Source: Eledone cirrhosa (Eukaryota). From it: DNA of 64,000 bases. Under the pieces are notes generated by a model, which worked only from the letters and a program-made list of their open reading frames with translations, searched no databases and had not been told where the DNA came from. The DNA lies in the NCBI GenBank assembly GCA_964016885.1, contig CAXHJY010000590.1, positions 42,137-106,136 of the forward strand. The letters run 5' to 3'. Position numbers and translations under genes: made by a program. Within the stretch, counting starts at the first letter, position 1; every line of letters starts with the position of its first letter. Positions 25,522 to 38,097 of this stretch are shown here, piece by piece.

Positions 25522-26288
25522 GTGTGTGTGCAGAGGATATACGCAGACTAGAGAGGAACGAAGCTTGCATGCTCCGCTGGATGTGTAACAGTAATATACG
25601 TGAACGGCAAAGCATAAACGAACTAAGGAAAAAATTAGAGATAAGAGGGATCAGATGTTGTTTACTCGAGAGAAGGCTACGTTGGTATGGACACGTGATG
25701 CGCATGAAAGTCGATAGCTGTATAACAAAGTGCAGGGCAATAAAGATAGACGGTAGTCACGGAATAGGCAGACCTAGAAAAACCTGGGACGAGCTGATAA
25801 ACTCCGACATCACACACTTACACCTCTCCAAGACAATGTCACTGGACCGAGACCTTTGGCGGTACTCAGTAACAGAGAAGACCCGCCTTACCTAAATATA
25901 TAGTAAAACCTACTCCAGCCAGTAGGCATCTCTAACAAAATACACCCCGTCCCACCACCACCACCCCCACCCCATCCACACCACCCCGTTATATGTAAAG
26001 TTATGTTGGTGCCGCGCCATCGAGGCCGAAACAAATGAGATCGTGTAGGTGTCACGACAAAAAAACACACAGTCCACGCTGTAATGTGGCCGTGTAGGCA
26101 ACACGGTAAAAACCTCCCAGACCCACACTGTAAATGTGGTTGGTGTTAGGAAGGGCATCCAACTGTAGAAAACCTGCCAGACAGTCCTATGCGAGCAAGA
26201 CAATCACTCTTGCCTCAAGTGGGACTACCCCCGTCCAAACCCATGCAAGCGTGGAACACGGACGTTAAACGTTGATGATGATGATGAT
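25522..26288 (+). mobile_element. 5'-truncated RTE family A copy (ORF end + 3'UTR + tail)
   Basis: [20 protein letters not shown]...EKTRLT*; 3'UTR homologous to 842-1321; (GAT)n tail. Confidence 0.93.
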
Positions 26289-26700
26289 ACACATGTACCA
26301 GTATATATATATATATACATGTACCAGTATATATATATATATATATACATGTACCAGTATATATAATATACATGTACCAGTATATATATATATACATGTA
26401 CCAGTATATATATATATATACATGTACCAGTATATATATATATACACATGTACCAGTATATATATATATACACATGTACCAGTATATATATATATACACA
26501 TGTACCAGTATATATATATATACACATGTACCAGTATCTATATATATACACATGTGCCACTATATATATATATACACATGTGCCACTATATATATATACA
26601 CGTACCAGTATATATATATATACACATGTGCCACTATATATATATATACACATGTGCCACTATATATATATATACACAGTATATATATATATATATATAT
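26289..26700. repeat. Minisatellite CACATGT(A/G)CCA(G/C)(TA)n, ~20-26-bp unit
   Basis: Repeated ACATGTACCAGTATATA units. Confidence 0.88.
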
Positions 26701-27049
26701 ACCCGCAGTAATACAGGGTACCCGACCTCCCATGGGTACATGCTGAAGCATATAAACAATATGCCCCCCCCCCCCCACCGCAAGGTGGTCGTGGAGGTGC
26801 CACGGCAAAAAAGCACCCAGCCCACACTGTAAAGTGGACGTGTAGGCGCCACGAAAAAGCACCCAGCACTCACTGTAAATGAGGTTGGTGTTAGGAAGGG
26901 CATCCAGCTGTAGAAATCAAGCCAGATCAGTTCCTGTATGAGCAAGGCATGGTCAGCCGACCAGACACTGCCCACAACAGGACAACCCGTCTAACCCATG
27001 CTAGCGTGGAAGAACGGACGTAAAACGGTGATGATGATGATGATGATGA
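26701..27049 (+). mobile_element. SINE-like fragment with RTE-type tail
   Basis: Shares GTGGTCGTGGAGGTGCCACGGCAAAAAAGCACCCAG and GGTTGGTGTTAGGAAGGGCATCCAGCTGTAGAAA with the SINE at 11369; ends ...GGACGTAAAACGG(TGA)n. A related inverted copy lies at ~30790-31040. Confidence 0.7.
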
Positions 27050-27382
27050 CACGTACCAGTATATATATACACATGTGCCAGTATATATATATATATACAC
27101 ATGTGCCAGTATATATATATACACATGTGCCAGTATATATATATATATACACATGTGCCAGTATATATATATATACACATGTACCAGTATATATATATAT
27201 ATATACTGGCACATGTATATATATATATATATATATATACTGGCACATGTATGTATATATACTGGCACATGTATATATATATACTGGCACATGTATATAT
27301 ATATATATACTGGCACATGTACACATATATATATATACTGGCACATGTACACATATATATATATATACAGGCACATGTATAC
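27050..27382. repeat. Same CACATGTGCCAG(TA)n minisatellite, switching to TACTGGCACATG-type units at ~27200
   Basis: Direct reading. Confidence 0.8.
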
Positions 27383-27797
27383 ATATATAAACATACACAC
27401 ATACATATACATATATTCATATATATACATACAGAGACATATATATATACATACATAGACATATATTCACATGTATACATACACAGATGTAGAGTGATCT
27501 ATGTATACACAATGCTGGTACCTAATAGTATGCACCCAGTCCACTCTGTAAAGTGGTAGTGTTGGCGTCACGATAAAATTACACCCAGTCCACTCTGAAC
27601 AGGTAGCACTGGTGACATGATAAAAACATGCCTAGTACAGCCTGTAAGGAAGGGGCACTCAGCCATAGAAACCATGCCAAATATAGTACATAACAATTAA
27701 GATGGTTTGCTCCAACCTGCCATGTCTCTGAGCATAACAACCCGTCAAACCCATGCCTGCATCGAAAGGAAACAGTAAAATGACAATGATGATAATC

Positions 27798-28117
27798 AAC
27801 CCTGTAGCATTTATATTACTCTATATATTTACTATTATATTTTCATGGTAAAGGCTTTATCTCACATATTTATCTCACGTAATATCGAATCTACGAGATT
27901 TTGATATTATTTATTTTGAGAACAATACCTTAACATCAGTATGAGGGGCCAGTTATAGCCGGTTTGAACAAAAAGAGGTGAGAGAATTCTGGCCAGATAT
28001 GGTCGGTTTAAATGCTAAAGAGTTAACATATTTGAGCAGACAGTTATGGCCAGTTTGAACAGAAAGAGGGGAGAGAACTCTGGCCGGATACAGACGGTTT
28101 AAATGCTAAAGAGTTAA
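27798..28117. mobile_element. Putative MITE with TTAA-flanked ends and a duplicated right end
   Basis: AACCCTGTAGCATTTA (left) vs TAAATGCTAAAGAGTT-AA (right, at ~28010 and again ~28101), 14/16 inverted match. Confidence 0.45.
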
Positions 28118-28130
28118 ATGAATAACTTAC

Positions 28131-28196
28131 AGGATAAATTATAGAGGTTCACTTGAGGTTGTTGCTGCTGACACATCTTCAGACAATATGGAGCAC
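28131..28196 (-). other. Candidate 66-nt host exon (phase 1-1; APYCLKMCQQQQPQVNLYNLS)
   Basis: Minus strand TATATTTTCCAG|GTGCTCC...TTATCCT|GTAAGT. One open frame, length divisible by 3. Confidence 0.35.
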
Positions 28197-29299
28197 CTGG
28201 AAAATATATAGGAATATGATGAAGATAGAATAAAGATACAGGCATATCTTAACCTTTTGTTACCAAATTATTAATGAAAAACATTGCCTATGATTTTCAC
28301 ATCTTTTGGAAAATAATCAAGAATTTTAGAGGGATTTACTAATATAACTAATTTTCTCACCATTAAACTGGTGTTTAAAACATTAAAAAAGGGTTCTTAC
28401 ATAAAAGTAGCATGTAAGGTTTTTATATGAATATAAACACTTAAAAATAAACAGTTTTATATCATAGAACCAGGGGTGGTTGGAACATAACTTAACAAAG
28501 GTTCTTACATAAAATTATGATGGAAGGTTTTTAGATAAATATAAACACTTTTAAACAAACAGTTTTATATAATAGAACCAGTGGTTGGAAATAGCAGCCA
28601 AATCTTCCTCAAATATCACACACACTACCATTATATACTAAGTTAGCGGATGGGGTGGGTGGGTACTGTGTGGTCAGCTAATCTGCTAGAAATGGCAGCC
28701 AAATTTCCCTCAAATATCACACTACTATTATATACTGAGTTAGTAGGAGCCTCTATACCAGCTGATGTACATGATGATGATGAGGATGACTATCACCAGT
28801 TCTAAACCTCTTATGATTTTGCACTAAATTTAAAGATTGCTCTCTCTCACCCCCTTTTCTCTCTCTCTCTCACAACACACATACACACTCTCTCTCTATA
28901 TATAAACAATAACAACAGCAACAACATGATGTATGTAGTCTCAGTATGTCTGTATGATAGTGATGATGTTGATGATGATGGTACTGGTGTTGGTGAAGTT
29001 AAAAATCACAGTATGTCTGTACGGTAGTGATGATGATGATGGTGGTGGTGGTGTAGGAGAGAGAGAGAGACAGACAGCTAGCTAGATGGCATGTGTATGC
29101 TTTAGCTACAAGGTTATTTTGATCAGGGCTGACCTGGGGTTAAACAACAAGACAGATAATGTCTCTCCCAGATATTTATTATGTCTGAAGAGTAGAGGAG
29201 AGAAGGTCATGGATGGCTGGGTGGTTGGCACTTCAGAGTGATGGGTGGGGGGTATTCGTTTTTATCAGAGTCCTGCTCAATCAGTGACCTGAATTTAAC

Positions 29300-29832
29300 G
29301 CAACAACTGCTAATAAAAACATCATAACCAACAACAACATCAGCAACATCAACAACAACAGCAACAACAGCACCAACAACAACAGCAACAACACCAACAC
29401 TAACAACAACACCACCACTAACAACATCAACACCACCAACAACAGCAACAACACCAACACTAACAACATCACCACCAATACTCTCAACATCACAACAACA
29501 GTAACACCACCATCAACATGAACAACAACACGAACAGCAACAACATTACAACATCACAACCACCACCAACAACAGCAACAACACCAAATCCTACCAACAA
29601 CATCGACCTCAATTAACACCAACACCACCATAACCATCAAGAGCTACCAACAAATAACCACCACCACCACCACCACAACCACCATACTAACTCCAGCCAC
29701 TTTCTAACAAACACACTAGATGTTTCTTGCATCAATAAATAATCTGCTACTTCTTCTACTACTACTAACAGGACTATTACTAACACCACCACCACCACTA
29801 CTACACGATCGCCACCAACACTACTACAACTA
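29300..29832. repeat. Degenerate (CAA)n/(CAC)n trinucleotide repeat
   Basis: Direct reading. Confidence 0.85.
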
Positions 29833-30041
29833 TTAGTTTGATTGTTTTGTTGGGTATTTTTATCTCCCCCCCCCTCTCATTTTAATATGGATACTACCAG
29901 ATTATTTACCTATACACACACACACACACACACATATATGTATATATATACACACACATGCATGAACAATTTTTGTGTCTCTCCTCTCTTAGTTCGATTT
30001 GGACATGGCCTATTAATACACACACACACATACATACAAAA

Positions 30042-30075
<34 letters not shown>

Positions 30076-30111
30076 TGAGAGTGGTAAAACACCGGGAGGT
30101 TATATCCGTAG

Positions 30112-30198
30112 AGCAAACCATCCTTGAGGACGCGAGTTTCACCAAACTCGAGTTGAGAATCCATTGGGTGAAACGCGAGTCCTCGAGGATGGTTTGCT
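30112..30198. repeat. 32-bp imperfect inverted repeat enclosing a hammerhead-like relic
   Basis: AGCAAACCATCCTTGAGGACGCGAGTTTCACC / GGTGAAACGCGAGTCCTCGAGGATGGTTTGCT (3 mismatches). Confidence 0.7.
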
Positions 30199-30239
30199 AA
30201 TTTGTTATGGAACTAACTTTGTGTGTGTATAAATATATA

Positions 30240-30702
30240 TCATCATCATCATCATTTTACATCCGCTTTTCCCTGCTTGCATGGGTGGGACAGGTCTTAT
30301 TCAGCACAGCATCTCTCCACTTGTCACGGTCCTTCGTCATCTCCACCGTGAGCTTCAGCGATCTGAAGTCTGTTCTCACCACCTCTGCCCATGTTTTTCG
30401 TGGTCTACCTCTACCACGTCTTCCTTCAACTGGCATTTCCTGGCACTTCTTCACCCATCGGTCATCCTCCATGCGCATCACATGTCCATACCACCTCAGT
30501 CTCCTCTCTCGCACACTACATTCTATCCCTCTCAGACTCAGTTTCTCTCTCAACACATTCATGCTGGGTTGTTCACGCACATTGACATTGCACATCCAAC
30601 GGAGCATGCTTGCCTCATTTCTCTCCATCCGTCGCATATCCTCTGCAGTTGCTGCCCATGTCTCACTACCATGCAGCATAACACTCTTCACACAGGCATC
30701 AT
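30240..30702 (-). mobile_element. 5'-truncated RTE family B copy
   Basis: [16 protein letters not shown]...GRPRKTW; (GAT)n tail. Confidence 0.9.
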
Positions 30703-31274
30703 ATATATATATAGAGAGAGAGAGGGGGGGGGGTACTCTCACAGATACAGTAGGTACATCTGCAGCTTTGCAGTGTAATCTGGACACATCAATCATCATC
30801 AGCGATTAACGTCTATCTTCCATACTAGCATGGGTTAGACGGGTCCCATTTAGAGGCAAGTTGGGTCGGGTGACCGTGTCTTGCTCATATAGGGGTTTTC
30901 TGGCTGGTTTTCTACGGCTGGATGCCCTTCCTAACGCCAACCACATTGACAGTGTGTGCTGGGGGGTGGGGGGTATACTGTACATATGCTTCAGCTGGTG
31001 TTCGTGGGAAGTCGGGTCTTCTGTATTACTACATATCACCAGAGATCCTGGTCATGTGTCATCTCTTTTGAGAGGGTGAATTGTCAGTTAACTAATCAAA
31101 TGGTTCAATTAATTTAATAATAACCAGATCATTATTTAATTATTAAAGCTCTTCCATTACATCATGTGACCTTCTCAATGACTAATCATGCTCCTCTGTT
31201 TTGATCTTGTCCTATTTACTTTAAATGGGACAACCCATCTAACCTATCCTAATATGGAAAATAGACATTAAATG

Positions 31275-31362
<88 letters not shown>

Positions 31363-31401
31363 AATATATATATATATGTAGTTTATATATATATATATAT
31401 G

Positions 31402-31634
31402 TAGAGTATATACAATATTTAATATATAATATAGAAATGGCTTCTACAGGACTTTCCTGGTGATTTCCTTCGAATGAAACAGTTCTAGTCCTGTAGAAGC
31501 CATTTCTATATTAAATATTGTGTATGTATATATATATATATATATACATACACAATATTTAATATAGAAATGGCTTCTACAGGACTAGAACTGTTTCATT
31601 TCTATATTATATATTAAATATTGTATATACTCTA
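31402..31634. repeat. Nested palindrome: 128-bp palindrome 31473-31600 plus 38-bp outer inverted repeat
   Basis: Arms read as reverse complements (31402-31439 with 31597-31634; 31473-31536 with 31537-31600). Confidence 0.85.
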
Positions 31635-31901
31635 TGTATTGAGTACCTTACTTATTGTGGTTACCCCCTCCCCCACTATTGAACCTGAGATACACGTGCA
31701 CACATATATGTGAAAAAATTCAGGACCCCGATGGCTGAGCTCCAGCCATTTTGACAGCTAGATCCAAACTGTCTAGATCTAGCTGTCAAAACAACCAGAT
31801 CTCAGTTCTGAATCTTTTCATATTACCCACACTACTGCCCCAAGAATTGAGTACTCTGGTGGGTTATGGTCCACCTGGTATCTTACCACACTGTCTTTAT
31901 T

Positions 31902-31932
<31 letters not shown>

Positions 31933-31934
<2 letters not shown>

Positions 31935-32095
31935 AAAAGGTAAACAGAAATAACAACACAATCGGTACAGTATATGGAAGGGAAGTACCAGCGTCCAAAA
32001 CGTTAAGACCCTCTTCCTGCTATTTCAAGCATTAACCTAATATATTCCTTCCATATACTGTACCGATTGTGTTGTTATTTCTGTTTACCTTTTAC
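31933..32095. repeat. 49-bp inverted repeat with 65-bp spacer
   Basis: GTAAAAGG...TATATGGAAGG / CCTTCCATATA...CCTTTTAC. Confidence 0.85.
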
Positions 32096-32437
32096 ATACA
32101 TACATATACACACACACACAGTAATTATTTCAAAGACCAGCCAGGTAAGCTAGGCCAAGCAAGGTTATATTCAATGCTGTTTACAACTCCACACAGGTAC
32201 AAAGATAGTGTTTGTACAGTTTTTCAACCTTTTTCACCTGTGATTAATAGAAAGTTTCTCTCACCAACAAACAGACAGACAGGTAGACTTGTCAGACCTA
32301 ACAACCAATCACAGACCAGATCTTTCCAGAACACTAAACTTCCTCCACCTTTCACTGCCTTCTCACCCCTCTCTCCCCACACAACAGAAGGAACACTTGT
32401 AACAGGGTTTGATAGCAGTGACATATATACATAATGT

Positions 32438-32483
<46 letters not shown>

Positions 32484-32577
32484 TTATATATATGTGTCTA
32501 TATATATGTGTGTGTATATATATATGTGTGTGTATATATATATTTGTGTGTGTGTATATATATATATATATTCACAT

Positions 32578-32911
32578 GGAGGCACATGGCTTAATGGTTA
32601 GAGCTGGGGCCTTGCAATTGAAAGGTTGTGAGTTCAATTCTCAGACCGGGTGATGTGTTGTTTCCTTGAGCAAGACACTTTATTTCACATTGCTCCAGTT
32701 TACTCAGCTGTAGAAATGAGATGATAGGACTGGGGTCCCTATCATTTCACTGCAAAGTGGTCGTGGAGGTGTCACGGCAAAAAAGCACCCAGCACTCACT
32801 GTAAATGAAGTTGGTGTTAGGAAGGGCATCCAGCTGTAGAAATCGAGCTAGAATCAGTTCCCGTCCCACCCTTGCTAGCAGGGAAAAGCGGACGTAAAAT
32901 GAAATGATGAT
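32578..32911 (+). mobile_element. tRNA-derived SINE with RTE-B tail (second copy)
   Basis: High similarity to 11369-11714 over its full length. Confidence 0.9.
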
Positions 32912-33368
32912 ATATATATATACACACACACATATATATATGTATACCACACAACTGGTCCTTTTTTTCAAGTACCACTTTAGAAGAAGGATCAGAATGG
33001 AGAGAGAGGAGCTCTACCCCAGCAAGTTTTATGAAAGGTGGGTGAAAGTGGCGAGAATGGCCCGAGTGAATGGGCCTTCTCTCTATATCAGCCTGTAGGT
33101 GAGAGAGAGGAAGGGAGCACCCGCTCTTTGTGCTCCTGAAGAGGAGGGTTGCACACACACACACATATATATTTGAGCAAACCATTGTTTTCTATCTTTA
33201 ATGTTTGGCTTGGCAAATTGACACACACCATGTTAGCACTTCTACTGCTCCATCAAATACACACACACACATATATATACATACACATCCATATATATTT
33301 ACATACATACACACACATATTTACATACATGCACACACATATATATATATATACACACATATATACAG

Positions 33369-33407
<39 letters not shown>

Positions 33408-33988
33408 CATGCACATATGTACATATGTAATATACACACACACATGTATATATATATAAATACACATATATTTATATATATACATATACACACATACAGA
33501 CCTACCATGTCAACATTCCTCCCCTTCTCCCAATCATGTAAACTTGACTTTACTCATGGGGTGGATGACCTTCAGAAAACACATACATATACATAGTCAT
33601 TCTCTATCTATCTACCTCTCTTTCTCACCCAACATCCACCCTGTTTTTTACTCATAAATCACATTCTCTCTCACACATACACACACTTTATTTATTTTTT
33701 TATTGAACTATTTATATTTTTTACAGACCTTTGTTTAAGAAATTGAAATCTGTCTTGTTAATTTTGATCTCTACCCCCCCCCCCCCACCCCCACCTCTCT
33801 CTCTCTCTCTCTCACACACACAAAGAAGGTCTGAACAACAGACTAAATCATCATCATCTTTACAATGTTTTTCCATGCTTGTATGGGTTAACTTAGACCT
33901 CTAAAGGACAGAGTTCAACAGTTTTTCATCTCCTTTGTGTGTTTCACCAAACAGAGATCAATTTTCACTACCTCCTTTTACTTCTTTC

Positions 33989-34297
33989 TTCATCTTCCTC
34001 TTCTATGGCTTGATCCAGTGACCGCACAACTGAAACTCAAATCATCTTCCTCTTCCGTGGCTTGATTCAGTAAAGACACAGCTGAAACACCGATCATCTT
34101 CCTTTTCCATGGCTTGATTTAGTAAAGACACAGCTGAAACTCTGATCATCTTTCTCTTCCATGGCTTGATTCAGTAAAGTCAGAACTGAAACTCCAATCA
34201 TCTTCCCCTTCCATGGCTTGATTTAGTAAAGACACAGGTGAAACTCTGATCATCTTCCTCTTTTGTGGCTTGAGCCAGTGCCTGTACAGCTGAAACT
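33989..34297. repeat. 52-bp minisatellite, ~6 copies
   Basis: ATCATCTTCCTCTTCCATGGCTTGATTCAGTAAAGACACAGCTGAAACTC-type units at 34041, 34093, 34145, 34197, 34249. Confidence 0.88.
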
Positions 34298-34320
34298 ATA
34301 ATAATAATGACGACAATGAT

Positions 34321-34750
34321 GATAATAATGGTTTCTACTTTTGGCACAAGGCCAGCAATTACCCAGTACATTACTGGTACTTTATTTTATCGACCTCGAA
34401 AAGATGAAAGGCAAAGTTAACCTCGGTGGGATTTGAACTCAATGGCAAGGGCCGTAACTCTATGCCTCAAAGCATGGCGTCCGACCCTCTACTGATACTA
34501 CCAATTCACCGCCCCCGATGATGATGATAATAATGGTTTCTTATATAGGCACAAGGCCAGTAATTTGGGGGTAGGGGAAAGTCGATTAAATCGACCCCAG
34601 TGCGTGACTGCTACTTTATTTTATTGACTCTGCAAAGATGAAAGGCAAAGCTAACCTCGGTTGGATTTGAATTCAGAATGTAAAGGGCCGTAACTCAATA
34701 CTGAGAAGCATGTTGTTCGGCGCTCTACCGATACTGCCAATCCACCATGG
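34321..34750 (-). mobile_element. Two adjacent copies of a second tRNA-derived SINE family
   Basis: Reverse complements of the 41479-41705 family (GGCAG..TCGGTAGAG head, GAGTTCAAATCC B box, TTTGCCTTTCATC, AATAAAGTACCAG, (ATT)n tail). Confidence 0.8.
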
Positions 34751-35138
34751 TGGTAATGATGATAGTGAAATAAACAACCAGGTTATATTTGGTTCATTTA
34801 TTTCTAGCTGTGTCATTAGGTTCACTGGTTTAGAAACTTCTAAAGAAGATTATTTTGTGTTATATAGAGCATAGCTATGACTCCCCCCACTTCTCTCTCT
34901 CTATTTTAATGTCCCTCTTTATCTCCCTATAATCCCTCCTCCCCACACACACTATAATCTCCACCCATCCACAGCCTTGAGGCTGCATAATGGTGGAAGT
35001 GTTAAGAAGTTCTGGGGTCAATCTCACTGTGTGGCACCCATGCCTTGTCAGTGACATTTGCAAAATGTTTGGAAGCTCATTGGAGGGACGGTACCAGTAA
35101 TTAGAAAGGGGCTAATCTTGTTACTCACAGTATAACAT

Positions 35139-35748
35139 TGAATCTCCCTGAGAATTATGATAACTGTACATGTAGCTGTGGAATGTTCAGTTACTGAATC
35201 TCCCTGAGAATTGTGTTAACTGTACATGTGGCTGTGGAATGTTCAGTTACTGAATCTCCCTGAGAATTGTGTTAACTGTACATGTGGCTGTGGAATGCTC
35301 AGTCACTGAATCTCCCTGAGAATTGTGTTAACTGTACATGTGGCTGTGGAATGCTCAGTCACTGAATCTCCCTGAGAATTATGATAACTGTACATGTGGC
35401 TGTAGAATGCTCAGTCACTGAATCTCCCTGAGAATTATGATAAATGTACATGTGGCTGTGGAATGCTCAGTTACTGAATCTCTCTGAGAATTGTGTTAAC
35501 TGTACATGTAGCTGTGGAATATTCAGTCAGTGAATCTCCCTGGAATTAACTGTATATGCGGCTGTGGAATGCTCAGTCACTGAATCTCCCTGAGAATTAT
35601 GATAACTGTACATGCAGCTGTGGAATGCTCAGTCACTGAATCTCCCTGAGAATTATGATAACTGTACATGTGGCTGTGGAATGCTCAGTCACTGAAACTC
35701 CCTGAGAATTATGATAACTGTACATGCTGCTGTGGAATGCTCAGTCAC
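35139..35748. repeat. 56-bp minisatellite, ~11 copies
   Basis: TGAATCTCCCTGAGAATTATGATAACTGTACATGTGGCTGTGGAATGCTCAGTCAC units. Confidence 0.93.
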
Positions 35749-36905
35749 TTACACTGAACTACTGGAACACTCATTGTTGAAACACATGTAAGATCATTCC
35801 ACACACACACACACACACACTATATATATAGAAGTGGTTACACAACAGTTAGTTCACCATACCGAGAACAATTGTTTCACCTTAGCGGATCTTCAGCTCG
35901 TATATAACGCCCCTCACATACATGCACTCTTCTATCTCTCTCTCTCTCTCTCTCTCTCTCCCTCTATATATATATAACCCCCTCACATACATGCACTCTT
36001 CTCTCTCTCCCTCTCTCTCTATATATATAACCCCCTCACATACATGCACTCTTCTCTCTCTCTCCCTCTCTCTCTCTCTCTATATATATATATTACCCCC
36101 TCACATACACATGTTCTTCTCTCTCTCTGTATATATATATATATATATATATTGCCCCCTCATATACATGCACTCTTCTTTCTCTCTCTCTCTACCACCC
36201 CTTTTCTCACACCAAGCCACACTAAAGATGGTCAGAAAGATGTTATACCATGTTCACAACATACATACACTACAATCTTTCTCACAAGAAAACTAAACAC
36301 ACCCCACCACCACGGCCTCCACCAACACCACTGCCACTACAACCCCACTACACCCCTACCACCACCGCCACTACACCTCCACCAACACCACTGCTACTGC
36401 AACCCCACCAACACCACCACCACCACTAAAACCAACACCACCGCCACTACACCTCCACCAACACCACTGCCTCTACAACTACACCCCACCACCATCACTA
36501 CACCCCATCAACTATTTACAAGATAAATAAAATCTTCCTTACACAAGGTACTCCCTTCAGTTTTCTAAACCTTGAACACTGGCTTGGCTTAATTCAAACA
36601 ACTACCTCCACCCTACCACAAATTCTCCAACCACCCCACTCTCGATTTCTCTGAACCCCCACACATCCACTCACCCTTTACAGACAAGAAATGGCCCAGT
36701 CATCATAATCCTCATCACCTTTTTAACCCTTTAATTACAATATATTTCTAATGAAATATATTAATAAAGACATCACTCTTCAGACCACCTCTGATTCCCA
36801 CCCCCTCCCTCAATAACCAACATTTAGCTTCTACCTTTTGCCTCATCAACCCCCCCCCCTCCCCAGCTTAGCTGAGGACACAACGAGCACCCTGAGATTG
36901 CAAAT

Positions 36906-37500
36906 GGTAGTGCTGGTCCCACAATAAAATGCACTCGCTCTACTTTGTAAAGAGGTAGTGATGGTACCACAATACAATACACCCAGCCCACACTGTAAAG
37001 AGGTAGTGCTGGTGCCACAATAAAATGCACTCAGCCCACTCTATAAAGTGGTAGTGCTGGTGCCACGACAAAATACACTCAGCCCACACTGTAAAGTGGT
37101 AGTGCTGGTGCCACGACAAAATACACTCAGCCCACTCTATAAAATGGTAGTGCTGGTGTCACAATAAAATGCACTCAGCCCACTCTATAAAATGGTAGTG
37201 CTGGTGTCAATAAAATGCACCCAGCCCACTCTATAAAATGGTAGTGCTGGTGTCACAATAAAATGCACCCAGCCCACTCTATAAAATGGTAGTGCTGGTG
37301 TCACAATAAAATGCACTCAGCCCACTCTATAAAATGGTAGTGCTGGTGCCACGACAAAATACACTCAGCCCACTCTATAAAATGGTAGTGCTGGTGTCAC
37401 AATAAAATGCACTCAGCCCACTCTATAAAATGGTAGTGCTGGTGTCACAATAAAATACACTCAGCCCACACTGTAAAGTAGGTAGAGCTGGTGCCACGAT
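36906..37500. repeat. 48-bp minisatellite, ~12 copies
   Basis: GGTAGTGCTGGTGTCACAATAAAATGCACTCAGCCCACTCTATAAAAT units. Confidence 0.93.
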
Positions 37501-37671
37501 AAATGAACTCAGTCCATCCGGTTATGTGAGAGTGGTGGTGCCATGATAAAATAGAGGTGGTACATGCTGTGAAATGATTAAACTCGGTGAACAAAATGGA
37601 GAAGATATCGCCCTGGAGGGTAGCAAGGGAGACACGCTGTATCACACACATGTATATATACATACTACATA

Positions 37672-37993
37672 TGATCATTGTTTTTACATCCGTCCCTCCA
37701 TGTTTGTATGGGTCCTTCTCAGCATAGCATCTCTCTACTCACTGCATTCTTTTGTCATCTCCTCTGTGAGTCTCAGCAATTTGAGATCAGTTCTCACCAC
37801 CTTTGCCCAGGTCTTTCTTGGTCTACCTCTACTGTGGCTTCCATCCACTGGGATTTCCTGGCACTTCTTCACCAGACGATCATCATCCATGCACATTACA
37901 GTCCATACCAACAGTCTTCTCTTTTGCACACCACTTTGGATTCCTCTTAAACCCAGTTTCACCCTCAGTTCATCCAACCTCTGCTTTTCTTTT
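37672..37993 (-). mobile_element. Degenerate RTE 3' fragment (family C, similar to 44695-45310)
   Basis: KQRLDELRVKLGLRGIQSGVQKRR...GRPRKTW. Confidence 0.8.
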
Positions 37994-37996
37994 ACA

Positions 37997-38097
37997 CAGA
38001 GTGTCCCAAAAAATGTATGCACACAGCAACAGTATTTTAATAAATATTGCCTGTACAGGTAATCAAAGTGTGTATACATTTTTGGGAGGACACCCTG
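37997..38097. mobile_element. Tc1/mariner-like MITE
   Basis: TIRs CAGAGTGTCCCAAAAAATGTATGCACAC / GTGTGTATACATTTTTGGGAGGACACCCTG. Related pieces at ~39999-40035, 42437-42492 and 48497-48570. Confidence 0.6.

Noticed and set aside
32950-33150. Short coding-like stretch FFKYHFRRRIRMEREELYPSKFYERW
   Set aside because: Possibly a LINE 3' remnant, but too short to assign without a search.
33509-33572. Possible minus-strand exon (AG...GTAGG)
   Set aside because: All three frames contain stops and the splice signals are weak.
35139-37500. CRISPR-like appearance of regular repeats
   Set aside because: Head-to-tail units without unique spacers, no cas genes, eukaryotic context.
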